38,263 nucleotides of DNA from positions 1 to 38,263 of the forward strand of contig JAWOGT010000198.1 of the NCBI GenBank assembly GCA_046496585.1, in the 5' to 3' direction. Positions within the stretch are counted from its first letter, which is position 1. Every line of letters starts with the position of its first letter. A model generated the notes under the pieces. It did not search any database, had not been told where the DNA came from, and saw only the letters and a list, made by a program, of their open reading frames with translations. Positions 1-9,465 of the stretch are shown in pieces. Both the position numbers and the translations under genes were made by a program. Source of the DNA: Halopseudomonas sp. (GTDB taxonomy: Bacteria > Pseudomonadota > Gammaproteobacteria > Pseudomonadales > Pseudomonadaceae).

Positions 1-885
1 GAACACCTGGCCGGGTTCAATCAGCAGCAACTCATCGAGTACCGACTCGTCAACCACCAGGTCGCCCGACAGCTTGACGTCGCTGACCGTGTACAACTCA
101 CCCTCATTGACATTGACGGTGACGTAAACGTTTTTCTTGTCGGGGGTAATGGACACCTGGGTGGACGCGATATCCATGTTGATGTAGCCGCGGTCCAGAT
201 ACCAGGAACGCAGGCGCTCCAGATCACCGGACAGCTTCTCCCTGGAGTACTTGTCGTCATTGCGCATGAACGACAGCAGGTTGGAACTCTTGAGCTCGAA
301 CAGGTCCGTCAGGTCGGCATTGCTGAATACCGTGTTGCCGACCACGTTGACATTCTTGATCGAGGCAACCGAGCCTTCATTGATATCAATCTTCAACGTT
401 ACTCGGTTACGCGGCTCGGCAATTACCTCGGTTTCAATGCTCGCCGAGTAGCGGCCCTGGGCAACGTATTGGCGCAGCAACTCGTTACGCACACCATCGA
501 GCGTAGCCTGTTGGAATATCTCGCCTTCGGCCAGGCCCGCAGCGGTCAGACCGCTGAGCAGGTCCTCGCTGACGATAGCCTTGTTGCCTTCCAGTTCGAT
601 GGCGGCAATCGATGGCCTTTCCACGACGGTGATAACCAGCACGTTACCATCACGACCCAGCTGAATATCTTCAAAGAAGCCGGTGCGGAACAGCGAGCGG
701 CTGGCGTCAACCAGACTCTGGTCATCGACTTGCTCACCAATATCCAGCGGCAGCGCAGCAAACACGCTGCCAGCGGAGACGCGCTGCAACCCATTGATGC
801 GGATGTCGGAGATCTGGAAGGCGTCGGCAAAAGCTCCTGGCGCCAGGAGTATCAGCAATAGCGCAGGCAATAGGTAACGTTTCAT
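1..885 (-). CDS. bamA: Outer membrane protein assembly factor BamA (5' part; runs off the window start)
   Basis: Not in the ORF track because no stop lies in the window. Manual translation from ATG 885 gives MKRYLLPALLLILLAPGAFA-DAFQISDIRINGLQRVSAGSV...VVERPSIAAIELEGNK...DDKYSREKLSGDLERLRSWYLDRGY, i.e. a signal peptide plus POTRA domains. Canonical position after rseP. Confidence 0.97.
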   Translation of the reverse strand, partial: MKRYLLPALLLILLAPGAFADAFQISDIRINGLQRVSAGSVFAALPLDIGEQVDDQSLVDASRSLFRTGFFEDIQLGRDGNVLVITVVERPSIAAIELEGNKAIVSEDLLSGLTAAGLAEGEIFQQATLDGVRNELLRQYVAQGRYSASIETEVIAEPRNRVTLKIDINEGSVASIKNVNVVGNTVFSNADLTDLFELKSSNLLSFMRNDDKYSREKLSGDLERLRSWYLDRGYINMDIASTQVSITPDKKNVYVTVNVNEGELYTVSDVKLSGDLVVDESVLDELLLIEPGQVF

Positions 886-958
886 GAAATCCGTTCTGGC
901 TGACTGGTTAAATTCGTATCCACCGCAAACGGCAGAGCGTGTTCTTGCGTGCCCGGGA

Positions 959-2317
959 TCAACCCAGGCGGCTTATGTCGTTGTAGATGGCAAAAAACAT
1001 CACCCCGACAATCAGCGCCAGGCCTATCTGCAACCCCCAGGCCTGAATGCGTTCCGACAGCGGCTTGCCGCGTATCCATTCAGCCGTGTAATAGACCAGA
1101 TGACCACCATCCAATACCGGAATGGGCAGCAGGTTAAGCACACCCAGACTGATACTCAAGTAAGCAATGAAGTTCAGAAAACTCTCAGGGCCCGACTTGG
1201 CCGAAGCGCCCGCCACTTTAGCAATGGTTATCGGACCACTCAAGTTTTTTGCCGAGACAAGCCCGGTCAACATCTTCTTCAGCGAGTCCAGAGTGAGTAC
1301 GGTCATGTCCCAGGTCTTGGCCGCAGCCACCGGGATAGCCACCAAGGGGTTGTAATCGATCGACCGCACCATGTGCTCTGGCCACTCGAAAGCAGCCACA
1401 CCGGCGCCCACAAAGCCGGTCACGGAACCGTTCTGCTCCCGCGCCTGGGGAGTGACGGAGACCATCATCAATCGGCCGTCACGTTCGATGCCCAACGCCA
1501 AAGGCTCGCCAGGGCTGCCCTGAATGGCGGGCACGACCTGGGCCAACCAACTGTTCACCGCCTGGCCATCAATACTGACGATCAGATCGTCGGCTTGCAG
1601 ACCGGCGGCCTCTGCCGCACCGCCTGGGCTGATTTCCCCCAGCAGTGGGGGAATCTCGGGGCGCCAGGTGCTCAGGCCAAGCGCGGCAATCGGGTCAGGC
1701 TGATCGGCGCCACGCAGCCAGTCGTTCAATACCAGGGTATAGGATTGCGGCGTCGCACCCGGGCCGTCGATTGCCATGATCTGCATCTGGCCGGTTTCGC
1801 CCAGGCGGCGAATCAATTGCAGATTGACCTCCTGCCAGCTTTGTGTAGCGACGCCATCGACTTCAACGACTTCAAGGCCTTCGACCAGGCCCGCACGGGC
1901 AGCAACACTGTCTTCTGCAACCGGCCCCAGCACCGGTGCCAGCGCCGTAATACCCATAACCGCGACTATCCAGAAAGCCACAATAGCCAGCAGAAAGTTG
2001 GCGATCGGCCCGGCGGCCACGATGGCAATGCGTTGCTTGACGTCTTTGCGATTGAAGGTCTGATCCAGCTCGGCGGCGTCGACCGGTCCCTCGCGCTCAT
2101 CAAGCATCTTGACGTAACCACCCAGCGGGATGGCGGCAATCACGAATTCGGTACCGCGCTTGTCATGCCAACGGTATAACGCCGAGCCGAAGCCTATCGA
2201 AAAACGCAAAACCTTGACGCCACAGCGTCGAGCCACCCAAAAATGGCCATACTCATGAATGGTCACCAGCAGCCCGAGTGCCACCACGGTGGCAAGCAAG
2301 GTGAATAACAAATCCAT
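959..2317 (-). CDS. rseP: RIP metalloprotease RseP
   Basis: HEYGH zinc motif, two PDZ-like regions, C-terminal NLLPIPVLDGGH motif; lies between dxr and bamA. Confidence 0.98.
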   Translation of the reverse strand: MDLLFTLLATVVALGLLVTIHEYGHFWVARRCGVKVLRFSIGFGSALYRWHDKRGTEFVIAAIPLGGYVKMLDEREGPVDAAELDQTFNRKDVKQRIAIVAAGPIANFLLAIVAFWIVAVMGITALAPVLGPVAEDSVAARAGLVEGLEVVEVDGVATQSWQEVNLQLIRRLGETGQMQIMAIDGPGATPQSYTLVLNDWLRGADQPDPIAALGLSTWRPEIPPLLGEISPGGAAEAAGLQADDLIVSIDGQAVNSWLAQVVPAIQGSPGEPLALGIERDGRLMMVSVTPQAREQNGSVTGFVGAGVAAFEWPEHMVRSIDYNPLVAIPVAAAKTWDMTVLTLDSLKKMLTGLVSAKNLSGPITIAKVAGASAKSGPESFLNFIAYLSISLGVLNLLPIPVLDGGHLVYYTAEWIRGKPLSERIQAWGLQIGLALIVGVMFFAIYNDISRLG

Positions 2318-2368
2318 TCAACGCCTCATCTGGAAGGTAGAAAGACAGAAGGCCGCGCCTGACGGTGC

Positions 2369-3553
2369 TCAGTGCCGATTAGCCAGCCAGCGGCGGGCAT
2401 GTTCGCGCGCCAAGGTATCAGCGGCCATGATGTGATTCAGGTCTACGACTGGCTCGGGGGCCATACGCTCAAGTGTTGCTTCGATGATAACAGGGATATC
2501 GGTAAAACCAATGCGTCCCGCCAGAAAAGCCTCTACGGCCACTTCGTTGGCCGCGTTGAGTTGCGCGCAGGCCGTTCCGCCGGCTTCAGCCGCCTGACGG
2601 GCAAGCACCAGGCAAGGAAACAACTCAAGGTCCGGGGCACGGAAGTCCAGGCGACCGACCGCGAGCAAATCCAGGGCACTGACGCCCGAGTCGATGCGTT
2701 CAGGCCAGGCCAGCGCGTGGGCGATCGGTGTGCGCATATCAGGATTGCCCAGCTGCGCGATGACCGAGCCATCGACATAATCCACCAACGAATGCACCAC
2801 GCTTTGCGGATGTACCACCACTTCGATCTGATCGGGCCGCGCATCAAACAGCCAACAGGCCTCAATCAGCTCCAGCCCCTTGTTCATCATGCTCGCCGAA
2901 TCGACCGAAATCTTCTGCCCCATGGACCAGTTCGGGTGCGCGCAAGCCTGCTGTGGCGTCACATGTTTGAGATCTTCCGCACGCATGTCGCGGAACGGAC
3001 CGCCTGAGGCGGTAAGCAAAATACGCCGCATACCGACGTTAGCAAGTCCGCCCAGGTAGCCGGCAGGCATGCACTGGAATATCGCGTTGTGTTCGCTATC
3101 AATGGGTAGCAGTACCGCGCCAGAGCGACGCACCGCCTGCATAAACAGCGCACCGGACATCACCAGCGCTTCCTTGTTGGCCAACAGCACCCGCTTGCCG
3201 GCTTGCACCGCCGCCAGCGTCGGATGCAGCCCGGCAGCGCCGACAATGGCGGCCATCACTACCTCGACCTGCGGATCTTCCGCCACCCGAGCCAAGGCGT
3301 CGCTGCCCCAGAGCACTTCAGTGAGACTGCCTGCCTGGCGCAGCGCCCGCTGCAGGTTGTGCGCTTGCTGCTCCTGGGCAACCACCGCAAATAGCGGCTG
3401 ATGCGCCAGGCATTGCAGCTCAAGCTCCGCCATACGGCTGAACCCGGTGAGTGCAAAGACCGCATAGCGTTCGCTGTGGCGGGCAATCACATCCAGCGTA
3501 CTCACCCCGATGGAGCCCGTCGCACCCAGCACCGTGACCCAGATTTTGCTCAC
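2369..3553 (-). CDS. dxr: 1-deoxy-D-xylulose-5-phosphate reductoisomerase
   Basis: [13 protein letters not shown] motif, [34 protein letters not shown]. Start placed at GTG 3553 (GTGA overlap with the cdsA stop) rather than 3580. Confidence 0.97.
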   Translation of the reverse strand: MSKIWVTVLGATGSIGVSTLDVIARHSERYAVFALTGFSRMAELELQCLAHQPLFAVVAQEQQAHNLQRALRQAGSLTEVLWGSDALARVAEDPQVEVVMAAIVGAAGLHPTLAAVQAGKRVLLANKEALVMSGALFMQAVRRSGAVLLPIDSEHNAIFQCMPAGYLGGLANVGMRRILLTASGGPFRDMRAEDLKHVTPQQACAHPNWSMGQKISVDSASMMNKGLELIEACWLFDARPDQIEVVVHPQSVVHSLVDYVDGSVIAQLGNPDMRTPIAHALAWPERIDSGVSALDLLAVGRLDFRAPDLELFPCLVLARQAAEAGGTACAQLNAANEVAVEAFLAGRIGFTDIPVIIEATLERMAPEPVVDLNHIMAADTLAREHARRWLANRH

Positions 3554-4365
3554 CCTGGCGGACCTCCAACCAGCAACCAATACAGGGTGAATACCGGTAT
3601 CGCCGCGGTCAGGCTGTCAATTCGATCCAGCACACCGCCGTGACCAGGGAGCAGATTACTGCTGTCCTTGAGGCCCTGATCGCGTTTGAAAAGACTTTCG
3701 GTCAGGTCACCTACCACGGAGAAAATCACCACCAGCGCGGCGCCAATCAGCCCCAGCAGGACAGCCGACAGAGACCAGCCCAGATACAGCAGCGCTGCGA
3801 GGCTGAGCAACTGGGTCAAGGCGAGACCGCCAAGAAAACCTTCGATGGTCTTGCCCGGGCTGACGTTGGGCATCAGTTTGCGCCGCCCCCAGGTCTTCCC
3901 GGCAAAATAAGCGCCTATATCTGCCGCCCACACCAAGACCATCAAGGCCATGATCAACCACAGGCCATTGGGCGTCTCACGCAGCCAGACCAGACCGTAC
4001 CAGGCCGGCAGCAGGATCAGCAGACCAAACACCTGGGCAAGCATCGATCCGGCCCACAGCCCCCGTCCACGGGGGTAGCGAATGACCATGAGCGTAGCGA
4101 CCAGCCACCAGACAACGGCCGCAATCAGCAGGTAGTGCGCAGGCCAGCTTTGCAGGTACAAGCCCGCCAGCAACAGTGCGACTACCAGCGCGTAGACGAT
4201 ACGCCCCTTCTGGCCGGTTTGGCCGGCCAACCGCGCCCACTCCCAGGCAGCCACTACCACCACAGCACCGATAAACAGCGCGAACCAGAGCCCTTCGAGC
4301 ATCACGAAGCCGGCAATCGCCAGTGGAGCCAGAATGACCGCAGTAATGATTCGCTGTTTGAGCAT
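3550..4365 (-). CDS. cdsA: Phosphatidate cytidylyltransferase
   Basis: Multi-TM protein with [19 protein letters not shown] and [19 protein letters not shown] motifs. Confidence 0.98.
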   Translation of the reverse strand: MLKQRIITAVILAPLAIAGFVMLEGLWFALFIGAVVVVAAWEWARLAGQTGQKGRIVYALVVALLLAGLYLQSWPAHYLLIAAVVWWLVATLMVIRYPRGRGLWAGSMLAQVFGLLILLPAWYGLVWLRETPNGLWLIMALMVLVWAADIGAYFAGKTWGRRKLMPNVSPGKTIEGFLGGLALTQLLSLAALLYLGWSLSAVLLGLIGAALVVIFSVVGDLTESLFKRDQGLKDSSNLLPGHGGVLDRIDSLTAAIPVFTLYWLLVGGPPG

Positions 4366-5117
4366 CAGGTCTGCGCCTCTATTTGATCGCTGGTTTTGCC
4401 AAAACGGCGTTGGCGCCGAGCGAAGTCGGCGAAGGCCTCACGCAAGGCTTCCTGTTTGAAATCAGGCCAATAGAGATCGGAAAAATACAGTTCGGCATAG
4501 GCCAGCTGCCAGAGCAGAAAGTTGCTGATGCGATGCTCGCCGCCAGTGCGGATACACAGGTCCGGCAGCGGCCAGCTGGCGGTACTCAGCGCGGCCTCAA
4601 CATGCTGCTCGGCAATCTCATCGATAGCCAGCTGCCCGCTTACTACCTGACCTGCGAGCTTTTTGACTGCCTCGGCAATATCCCACTGACCGCCGTAGTT
4701 GGCGGCCACTACCAGAGTCAGTCGCCGACCCTCTGCGGTACGCCGCTCAGCGTCACTCATGGCCTGACGCAGTTCGGGCGAAAAACGGCTGCGGTCGCCA
4801 ATGATGCACAATCGAATCCCGTTCTCACGCAGGCGCTTGACCTCACGGCGCAGCACAGTAAAAAACAGCTCCATCAGCGCCCCGACCTCTGCCTCGGGGC
4901 GTCGCCAGTTTTCGCTGGAAAAGGCGAATAGCGTCAGCACTTCCACACCCTCTTCGGCGCAGACTTCGATCATCGCCTTGACCGCATCGACTCCGGCCCT
5001 GTGACCAGCCACTCCGGGCAATAGACGCTTGCGCGCCCAGCGATTATTACCATCCATGATGATCGCCACATGCCTTGGCACAAAACCCGTTGGACGTACT
5101 GCCATATTTTTGCTCAT
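4365..5117 (-). CDS. uppS: Undecaprenyl/polyprenyl diphosphate synthase
   Basis: PRHVAIIMDGNNRWA, FAFSSENWRRP, IRTGGEHRISNFLLWQLAYAE motifs; 1-bp stop/start overlap with cdsA. Confidence 0.98.
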   Translation of the reverse strand: MSKNMAVRPTGFVPRHVAIIMDGNNRWARKRLLPGVAGHRAGVDAVKAMIEVCAEEGVEVLTLFAFSSENWRRPEAEVGALMELFFTVLRREVKRLRENGIRLCIIGDRSRFSPELRQAMSDAERRTAEGRRLTLVVAANYGGQWDIAEAVKKLAGQVVSGQLAIDEIAEQHVEAALSTASWPLPDLCIRTGGEHRISNFLLWQLAYAELYFSDLYWPDFKQEALREAFADFARRQRRFGKTSDQIEAQT

Positions 5118-5141
5118 CCGTTCAACACTCGGAATCGACCC

Positions 5142-5699
5142 TCAAATGGCCATCAGATCCGCTTCCTTGGCATCCAACGCCTTGTCGATCTCGGCAACAT
5201 ACTTGTCGGTCAGTTTCTGTACTTCATCGGCCGCGCGGTGCTCGTCGTCCTCACTGATTTCCTTTTCCTTTTGCAAATCCTTGAGCTGGCTTAGCGCATC
5301 GCGACGAATGTTCCGCACCGCCACCCGGGCATTTTCGGCCTCAGCGCGGGCTGTCTTGGTGAAACCCTTGCGTGTCTCTTCAGTCAGAGCCGGCATTGGC
5401 ACACGGATGGTCGTGCCGGCAGTGGCCGGATTCAGGCCAAGGTCCGAGGTCATGATGGCCTTTTCTACCGCCTGGATCATGCTACGGTCAAACACGGTCA
5501 GCGCCAGGGTGCGCGAGTCTTCAACGTTGACGTTGGCTACTTGGCGCAGCGGGGTGTTGGTACCGTAATAGGACACCATGACACTGTCCAGAATGCTCGG
5601 GTGCGCTCGGCCGGTACGAATCTTGGCGAAGGCATGGCCCAAAGACTCAACGGACTTCGTCATCCGCTCCTGGGTTTCTTTCTTAATATCGTTGATCAT
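5142..5699 (-). CDS. frr: Ribosome recycling factor
   Basis: 185 aa; [32 protein letters not shown]. Confidence 0.99.
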   Translation of the reverse strand: MINDIKKETQERMTKSVESLGHAFAKIRTGRAHPSILDSVMVSYYGTNTPLRQVANVNVEDSRTLALTVFDRSMIQAVEKAIMTSDLGLNPATAGTTIRVPMPALTEETRKGFTKTARAEAENARVAVRNIRRDALSQLKDLQKEKEISEDDEHRAADEVQKLTDKYVAEIDKALDAKEADLMAI

Positions 5700-5702
5700 T
5701 CC

Positions 5703-6437
5703 TCAACCCTCGATCAGTGTACCTTCGGCACTACCCACCACTGCATTGAGCAGCGCGCCAGGTTTGTTCATGTTAAATACGCGTAAGGGCATCTTGTGAT
5801 CACGGATCAGACAGATAGCCGTCAAATCCATCACTCCCAGCTTCAGATCCAGCACCTGATCATAGGTCAGGGTATCAAAACGCTCGGCATTCGGATCCTT
5901 CATCGGGTCGGCGTTATACACCCCGTCAACCTTGGTCGCTTTCAATACCAGGTCGGCATCCATTTCAATGCCGCGCAAACAGGCTGCCGTATCGGTGGTA
6001 AAGAACGGGTTACCGGTTCCAGCAGAGAATATTACCACGTCACCACTGCCAAGGTAGCGCATGGCCTTGCGCCGATCGTAATGCTCGGTCACGCCCTCCA
6101 TGGTAATGGCTGACATCACGCGGGTCTGAATATTCGAGCGCTCCAGCGAATCGCGCATGGCCAGAGCGTTCATCACGGTGGCCAACATGCCCATATGATC
6201 GCCGGTGACACGATCCATACCGGCTGCATGCAGCGCGGCGCCGCGGAACAGGTTGCCACCGCCAATCACCAGGCCGATCTGCACACCAATGCCGATCAAC
6301 TGGCCAATTTCCAAGGACATCCGATCAAGCACTTTGGGATCGATACCGAAACCCTCCGTGCCCATCAGGGCCTCGCCACTGAGTTTGAGTAGAATACGCT
6401 TGTACTTGGGCTGACGGCTGCTGGGTACTTGGGCCAT
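5703..6437 (-). CDS. pyrH: UMP kinase
   Basis: [40 protein letters not shown]; GGAG RBS upstream. Confidence 0.99.
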   Translation of the reverse strand: MAQVPSSRQPKYKRILLKLSGEALMGTEGFGIDPKVLDRMSLEIGQLIGIGVQIGLVIGGGNLFRGAALHAAGMDRVTGDHMGMLATVMNALAMRDSLERSNIQTRVMSAITMEGVTEHYDRRKAMRYLGSGDVVIFSAGTGNPFFTTDTAACLRGIEMDADLVLKATKVDGVYNADPMKDPNAERFDTLTYDQVLDLKLGVMDLTAICLIRDHKMPLRVFNMNKPGALLNAVVGSAEGTLIEG

Positions 6438-6520
6438 ATTGACTCTCCTGCGGGGAATGGCAAAACACTCAACGAGTTACAACCACCAAGGTGGCCTGCC
6501 ACTTGTTCAGTGTTTCATTT

Positions 6521-6555
6521 AAAAAAGAGGCCTCCCGCCTGCGCGGGAAGCCTCT
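6521..6555 (-). terminator. Intrinsic terminator downstream of tsf
   Basis: Minus strand reads AGAGGCTTCCCGC-GCAG-GCGGGAGGCCTCT followed by a T run: a 13-bp stem with one G-U pair. Confidence 0.8.
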
Positions 6556-6617
6556 CTATAAACCGGACTACAGGCTGCCTCGAAGGCGACCCGTCATGCG
6601 TGGTTCAGAGCGCATGT

Positions 6618-7487
6618 TCACTGCTTGGTAGCGGCAACCTGGGCGGCTACCTCGGCAGCGAAATCGACTTCAGCGCGCTCAATGCCTTCACCCACTTCGT
6701 AACGCACGAAGGAGAGAATTTCAGCACCGGCTTTCTTCGCCAGCTCACCGACCTTGACTTCCGGGTCCTTGATGAACGCCTGCTCGACCAGGCTGGCTTC
6801 AGACAGGAACTTGTTGATACGGCCTTTGACCATATTTTCAACAATATTCTCCGGCTTCCCGGCAATTTTCTCGGCGTTCAGGGCGAGGAAGATTTCCTTT
6901 TCCTTGGCAATGGCTTCGTCAGAGACCTGACTGGCATCCAGGAACTGCGGGTTGCTGGCAGCCACGTGCATGGCAATATCCTTGGCCAGCTCAGCATCGC
7001 CACCCTTCAGGGTCACAATCACACCAATACGGTGACCGTGCAGGTAAGCACCGACCACATCACCTTCGACGCGGCTTAGACGGCGGATATTGACGTTCTC
7101 GCCGCACTTGGCAATCAGCGCTTCACGGGCGGCTTCCTGATCAGCGATCAACGGGGCTGCATCGCTGTAACCCGCGGTAAAGGCCTTATCCAGGCTGGCA
7201 CTGACAAAACCCTTGAAATCGTCCTGCAGCGCCAGAAAGTCGGTCTGGGAGTTGATTTCGATGATCACGGCAGACTTGTGGTCGTCGGCCAGCTTGACAC
7301 CGATAGCGCCTTCAGCGGCAATGTTGCCAGCCTTCTTGGCCGCCTTGATGGAACCGGCAGCGCGCATATCGTCGATCGCTTTCTCGATGTCGCCACCGGC
7401 TTCGGTCAATGCTTTTTTGCAATCCATCATGCCTTGGCCAGTGCGCTCGCGCAGTTCTTTGACCATGGCTGCAGAAATCTGTGACAT
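6618..7487 (-). CDS. tsf: Translation elongation factor Ts
   Basis: MSQISAAMVKELRERTGQGMMDCKKAL, EINSQTDF, AMHVAA. ATG 7487 has a GAGGA RBS; the ORF-track extension to 7583 is rejected. Confidence 0.98.
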   Translation of the reverse strand: MSQISAAMVKELRERTGQGMMDCKKALTEAGGDIEKAIDDMRAAGSIKAAKKAGNIAAEGAIGVKLADDHKSAVIIEINSQTDFLALQDDFKGFVSASLDKAFTAGYSDAAPLIADQEAAREALIAKCGENVNIRRLSRVEGDVVGAYLHGHRIGVIVTLKGGDAELAKDIAMHVAASNPQFLDASQVSDEAIAKEKEIFLALNAEKIAGKPENIVENMVKGRINKFLSEASLVEQAFIKDPEVKVGELAKKAGAEILSFVRYEVGEGIERAEVDFAAEVAAQVAATKQ

Positions 7488-7569
7488 GAATTGTTCCTCT
7501 AACTTGCTTGATGTTGGACTGCCCTGTGAATGCGCAGGCAGCCGTATCATGTTGCGTTCAAGATATTGC

Positions 7570-7595
7570 AAAAAAGGGGGCATAGCCCCCTTTTT
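7570..7595 (-). terminator. Intrinsic terminator/attenuator between rpsB and tsf
   Basis: AAAAAGGGGGC-ATA-GCCCCCTTTTT perfect inverted repeat with A/T tails; an attenuator is known at this position in the E. coli rpsB-tsf operon. Confidence 0.8.
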
Positions 7596-7625
7596 ACCTC
7601 GGCATGAAACGGTATGAGCTACCGC

Positions 7626-8369
7626 TTAGCCTTCTGAAGCCTCAGCGGCGGGGGCTGCTTCTTCGACAAACTCGTCAGCACCACCGTTGGTGTTCTTGCC
7701 ACTCAGTACCGCATCGGCCATGGCCGCAGCGTACAGCTTGATGGCGCGAATGGCGTCATCATTGCCAGGGATAACGTAATCGACGCCATCCGGGCTGCTG
7801 TTGGTGTCAACGATACCGATAACCGGGATACCCAGCTTGTTGGCTTCAGTAATGGCGATGCGCTCGTGCTCGACGTCGATAACGAACAGGGCATCCGGCA
7901 GGCCGCCCATGTCCTTGATACCACCGAGGCTGCGATCCAGTTTTTCCAGATCACGGGTACGCATCAACGCTTCTTTCTTGGTCAGCTTGGTAAAGGTGCC
8001 ATCATCAGCCTGGATCTCAAGATCACGCAGACGCTTGATGGACGCGCGAATGGTCTTGTAGTTGGTGAGCATGCCGCCCAACCAGCGGTGATCGACATAC
8101 GGCATACCGGCACGCGTGGCTTCTTCAGCAATGATCTTGCTGGCAGCGCGCTTGGTGCCGACAAACAGCAGCTTGTTCTTGCCGGAGGCCAGCTTTTCCA
8201 CGAAGCTCAGGGCATCGTGGAACATCGGCATGGTCTTTTCGAGGTTGATGATGTGGATCTTGTTGCGAGCACCGAAGATGTACTTGCCCATCTTCGGGTT
8301 CCAGTAACGGGTTTGGTGGCCGAAGTGCGCACCGGCCTTCAGCATATCGCGCATAGAAACTTGAGTCAT
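7626..8369 (-). CDS. rpsB: 30S ribosomal protein S2
   Basis: [48 protein letters not shown] 8369 has a GGAG RBS. Confidence 0.99.
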   Translation of the reverse strand: MTQVSMRDMLKAGAHFGHQTRYWNPKMGKYIFGARNKIHIINLEKTMPMFHDALSFVEKLASGKNKLLFVGTKRAASKIIAEEATRAGMPYVDHRWLGGMLTNYKTIRASIKRLRDLEIQADDGTFTKLTKKEALMRTRDLEKLDRSLGGIKDMGGLPDALFVIDVEHERIAITEANKLGIPVIGIVDTNSSPDGVDYVIPGNDDAIRAIKLYAAAMADAVLSGKNTNGGADEFVEEAAPAAEASEG

Positions 8370-8460
8370 GACAGCTCCAATATAGTTTGGGTTGAGCCTC
8401 CACGTATCCCAATGTCCAACCCCGGAGGGCACCCAGGACAGTGTGTCGATACGTGTGCGG
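8370..8460 (-). ncRNA. rpsB 5' leader (t44 / S2 autoregulatory RNA)
   Basis: Minus strand CACACGTATCGACACACTGTCCTGGGTGCCCTCCGGGGTTGGACATTGGGATACGTGGAGGCTCAACCC closely matches the E. coli rpsB leader as I recall it (CACGTATC...GGGTGCC...GGGATACGTGGAGGC...AACCC). Boundaries approximate. Confidence 0.85.
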
Positions 8461-8500
8461 TTTCAGTTTAAGCCTGGCGTCTGTTGCAGACGTTTATTCA

Positions 8501-8519
8501 GGCGCGGCGCTTTATATCA
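8501..8519 (-). promoter_or_regulatory. rpsB extended -10 promoter with GC-rich discriminator
   Basis: Minus strand TG-A-TATAAA-GCGCCGCGCC; same architecture as the gammaproteobacterial rpsB promoter (TGnTATAAA plus GC-rich discriminator). Confidence 0.75.
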
Positions 8520-8594
8520 TACAACTGGAAACGAATAAAGTCGCAGGTGCCCGGCGGTCATGGCACTGGACGCTCAACAGCGCCCCGCTTGATC

Positions 8595-8603
8595 TGTTAA
8601 ACT
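8595..8603 (+). promoter_or_regulatory. Putative extended -10 promoter for map-glnD-dapC-yffB-dapD
   Basis: TG-T-TAAACT about 55 bp upstream of the map ATG; no clear -35. Confidence 0.4.
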
Positions 8604-8656
8604 GACTGACTTTATTACTGAACGCCTCAGGGCGCCGCAACCAAGAGAGACCTTCC

Positions 8657-9445
8657 ATGACCGTGACCATCAAAACCCCGGAAGATATAGCCGGCATGCG
8701 TATTGCCGGACGCCTGGCCGCCGAGGTCCTGGAAATGATCGGCGAACATATTCGCGTGGGAGTGACCACCGATGAGCTCGACCGGCTGTGCCACGAGCAC
8801 ATCGTCAACGTACAAAAAGCCATTCCCGCGCCGCTCAACTACGGCGCCGCGCCGGGTCGCCCGGGCTTTCCCAAGTCGATCTGCACCTCGCTGAACCATG
8901 TGGTTTGCCACGGCATTCCGAACGACAAGCCGTTAAAAAATGGTGACTGCCTGAATATCGACGTCACCGTTATCAAGGATGGCTACCACGGTGATACCAG
9001 CAAGATGTTCATGGTCGGTGACGTGCCCGAGTGGGCCCAGCGTCTGGCCCGGGTAACCCAGGAGTGCATGTATAAAGGCATCGAGGTGGTACGCCCCGGG
9101 GCGCGCCTGGGCGACATTGGCCAGGTGATTCAGGATCACGCCCACGCCAACCACTACAGTGTGGTGCGCGAATACTGCGGCCACGGTATCGGCAAGGTAT
9201 TTCACGAGGAGCCGCAAGTTCTGCACTACGGCCGCGCGGGCACCGGCATGGAGCTGAAAGAAGGCATGACCTTTACCATAGAGCCGATGATCAACCAGGG
9301 CCGGCATGAAACCCGTCTGCTCGGCGATGGCTGGACCGCGATCACCAAGGATCGCAAGCTCTCGGCGCAATGGGAGCACACCATTCTGGTGACGGCGGAT
9401 GGCCATGAAGTGCTGACCCGTCGTCACGAAGAAAACCTTCAATAA
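8657..9445 (+). CDS. map: Type I methionine aminopeptidase
   Basis: [52 protein letters not shown] metal ligands. Confidence 0.99.
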   Translation: MTVTIKTPEDIAGMRIAGRLAAEVLEMIGEHIRVGVTTDELDRLCHEHIVNVQKAIPAPLNYGAAPGRPGFPKSICTSLNHVVCHGIPNDKPLKNGDCLNIDVTVIKDGYHGDTSKMFMVGDVPEWAQRLARVTQECMYKGIEVVRPGARLGDIGQVIQDHAHANHYSVVREYCGHGIGKVFHEEPQVLHYGRAGTGMELKEGMTFTIEPMINQGRHETRLLGDGWTAITKDRKLSAQWEHTILVTADGHEVLTRRHEENLQ

Positions 9446-9465
9446 ACTGCTGTCTGGGGTCCGCT

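Noticed and set aside
884-2179. 431-aa plus-strand ORF
   Set aside because: Antisense shadow of rseP; no recognisable motifs; long antisense ORFs are expected with GC-rich codon usage.
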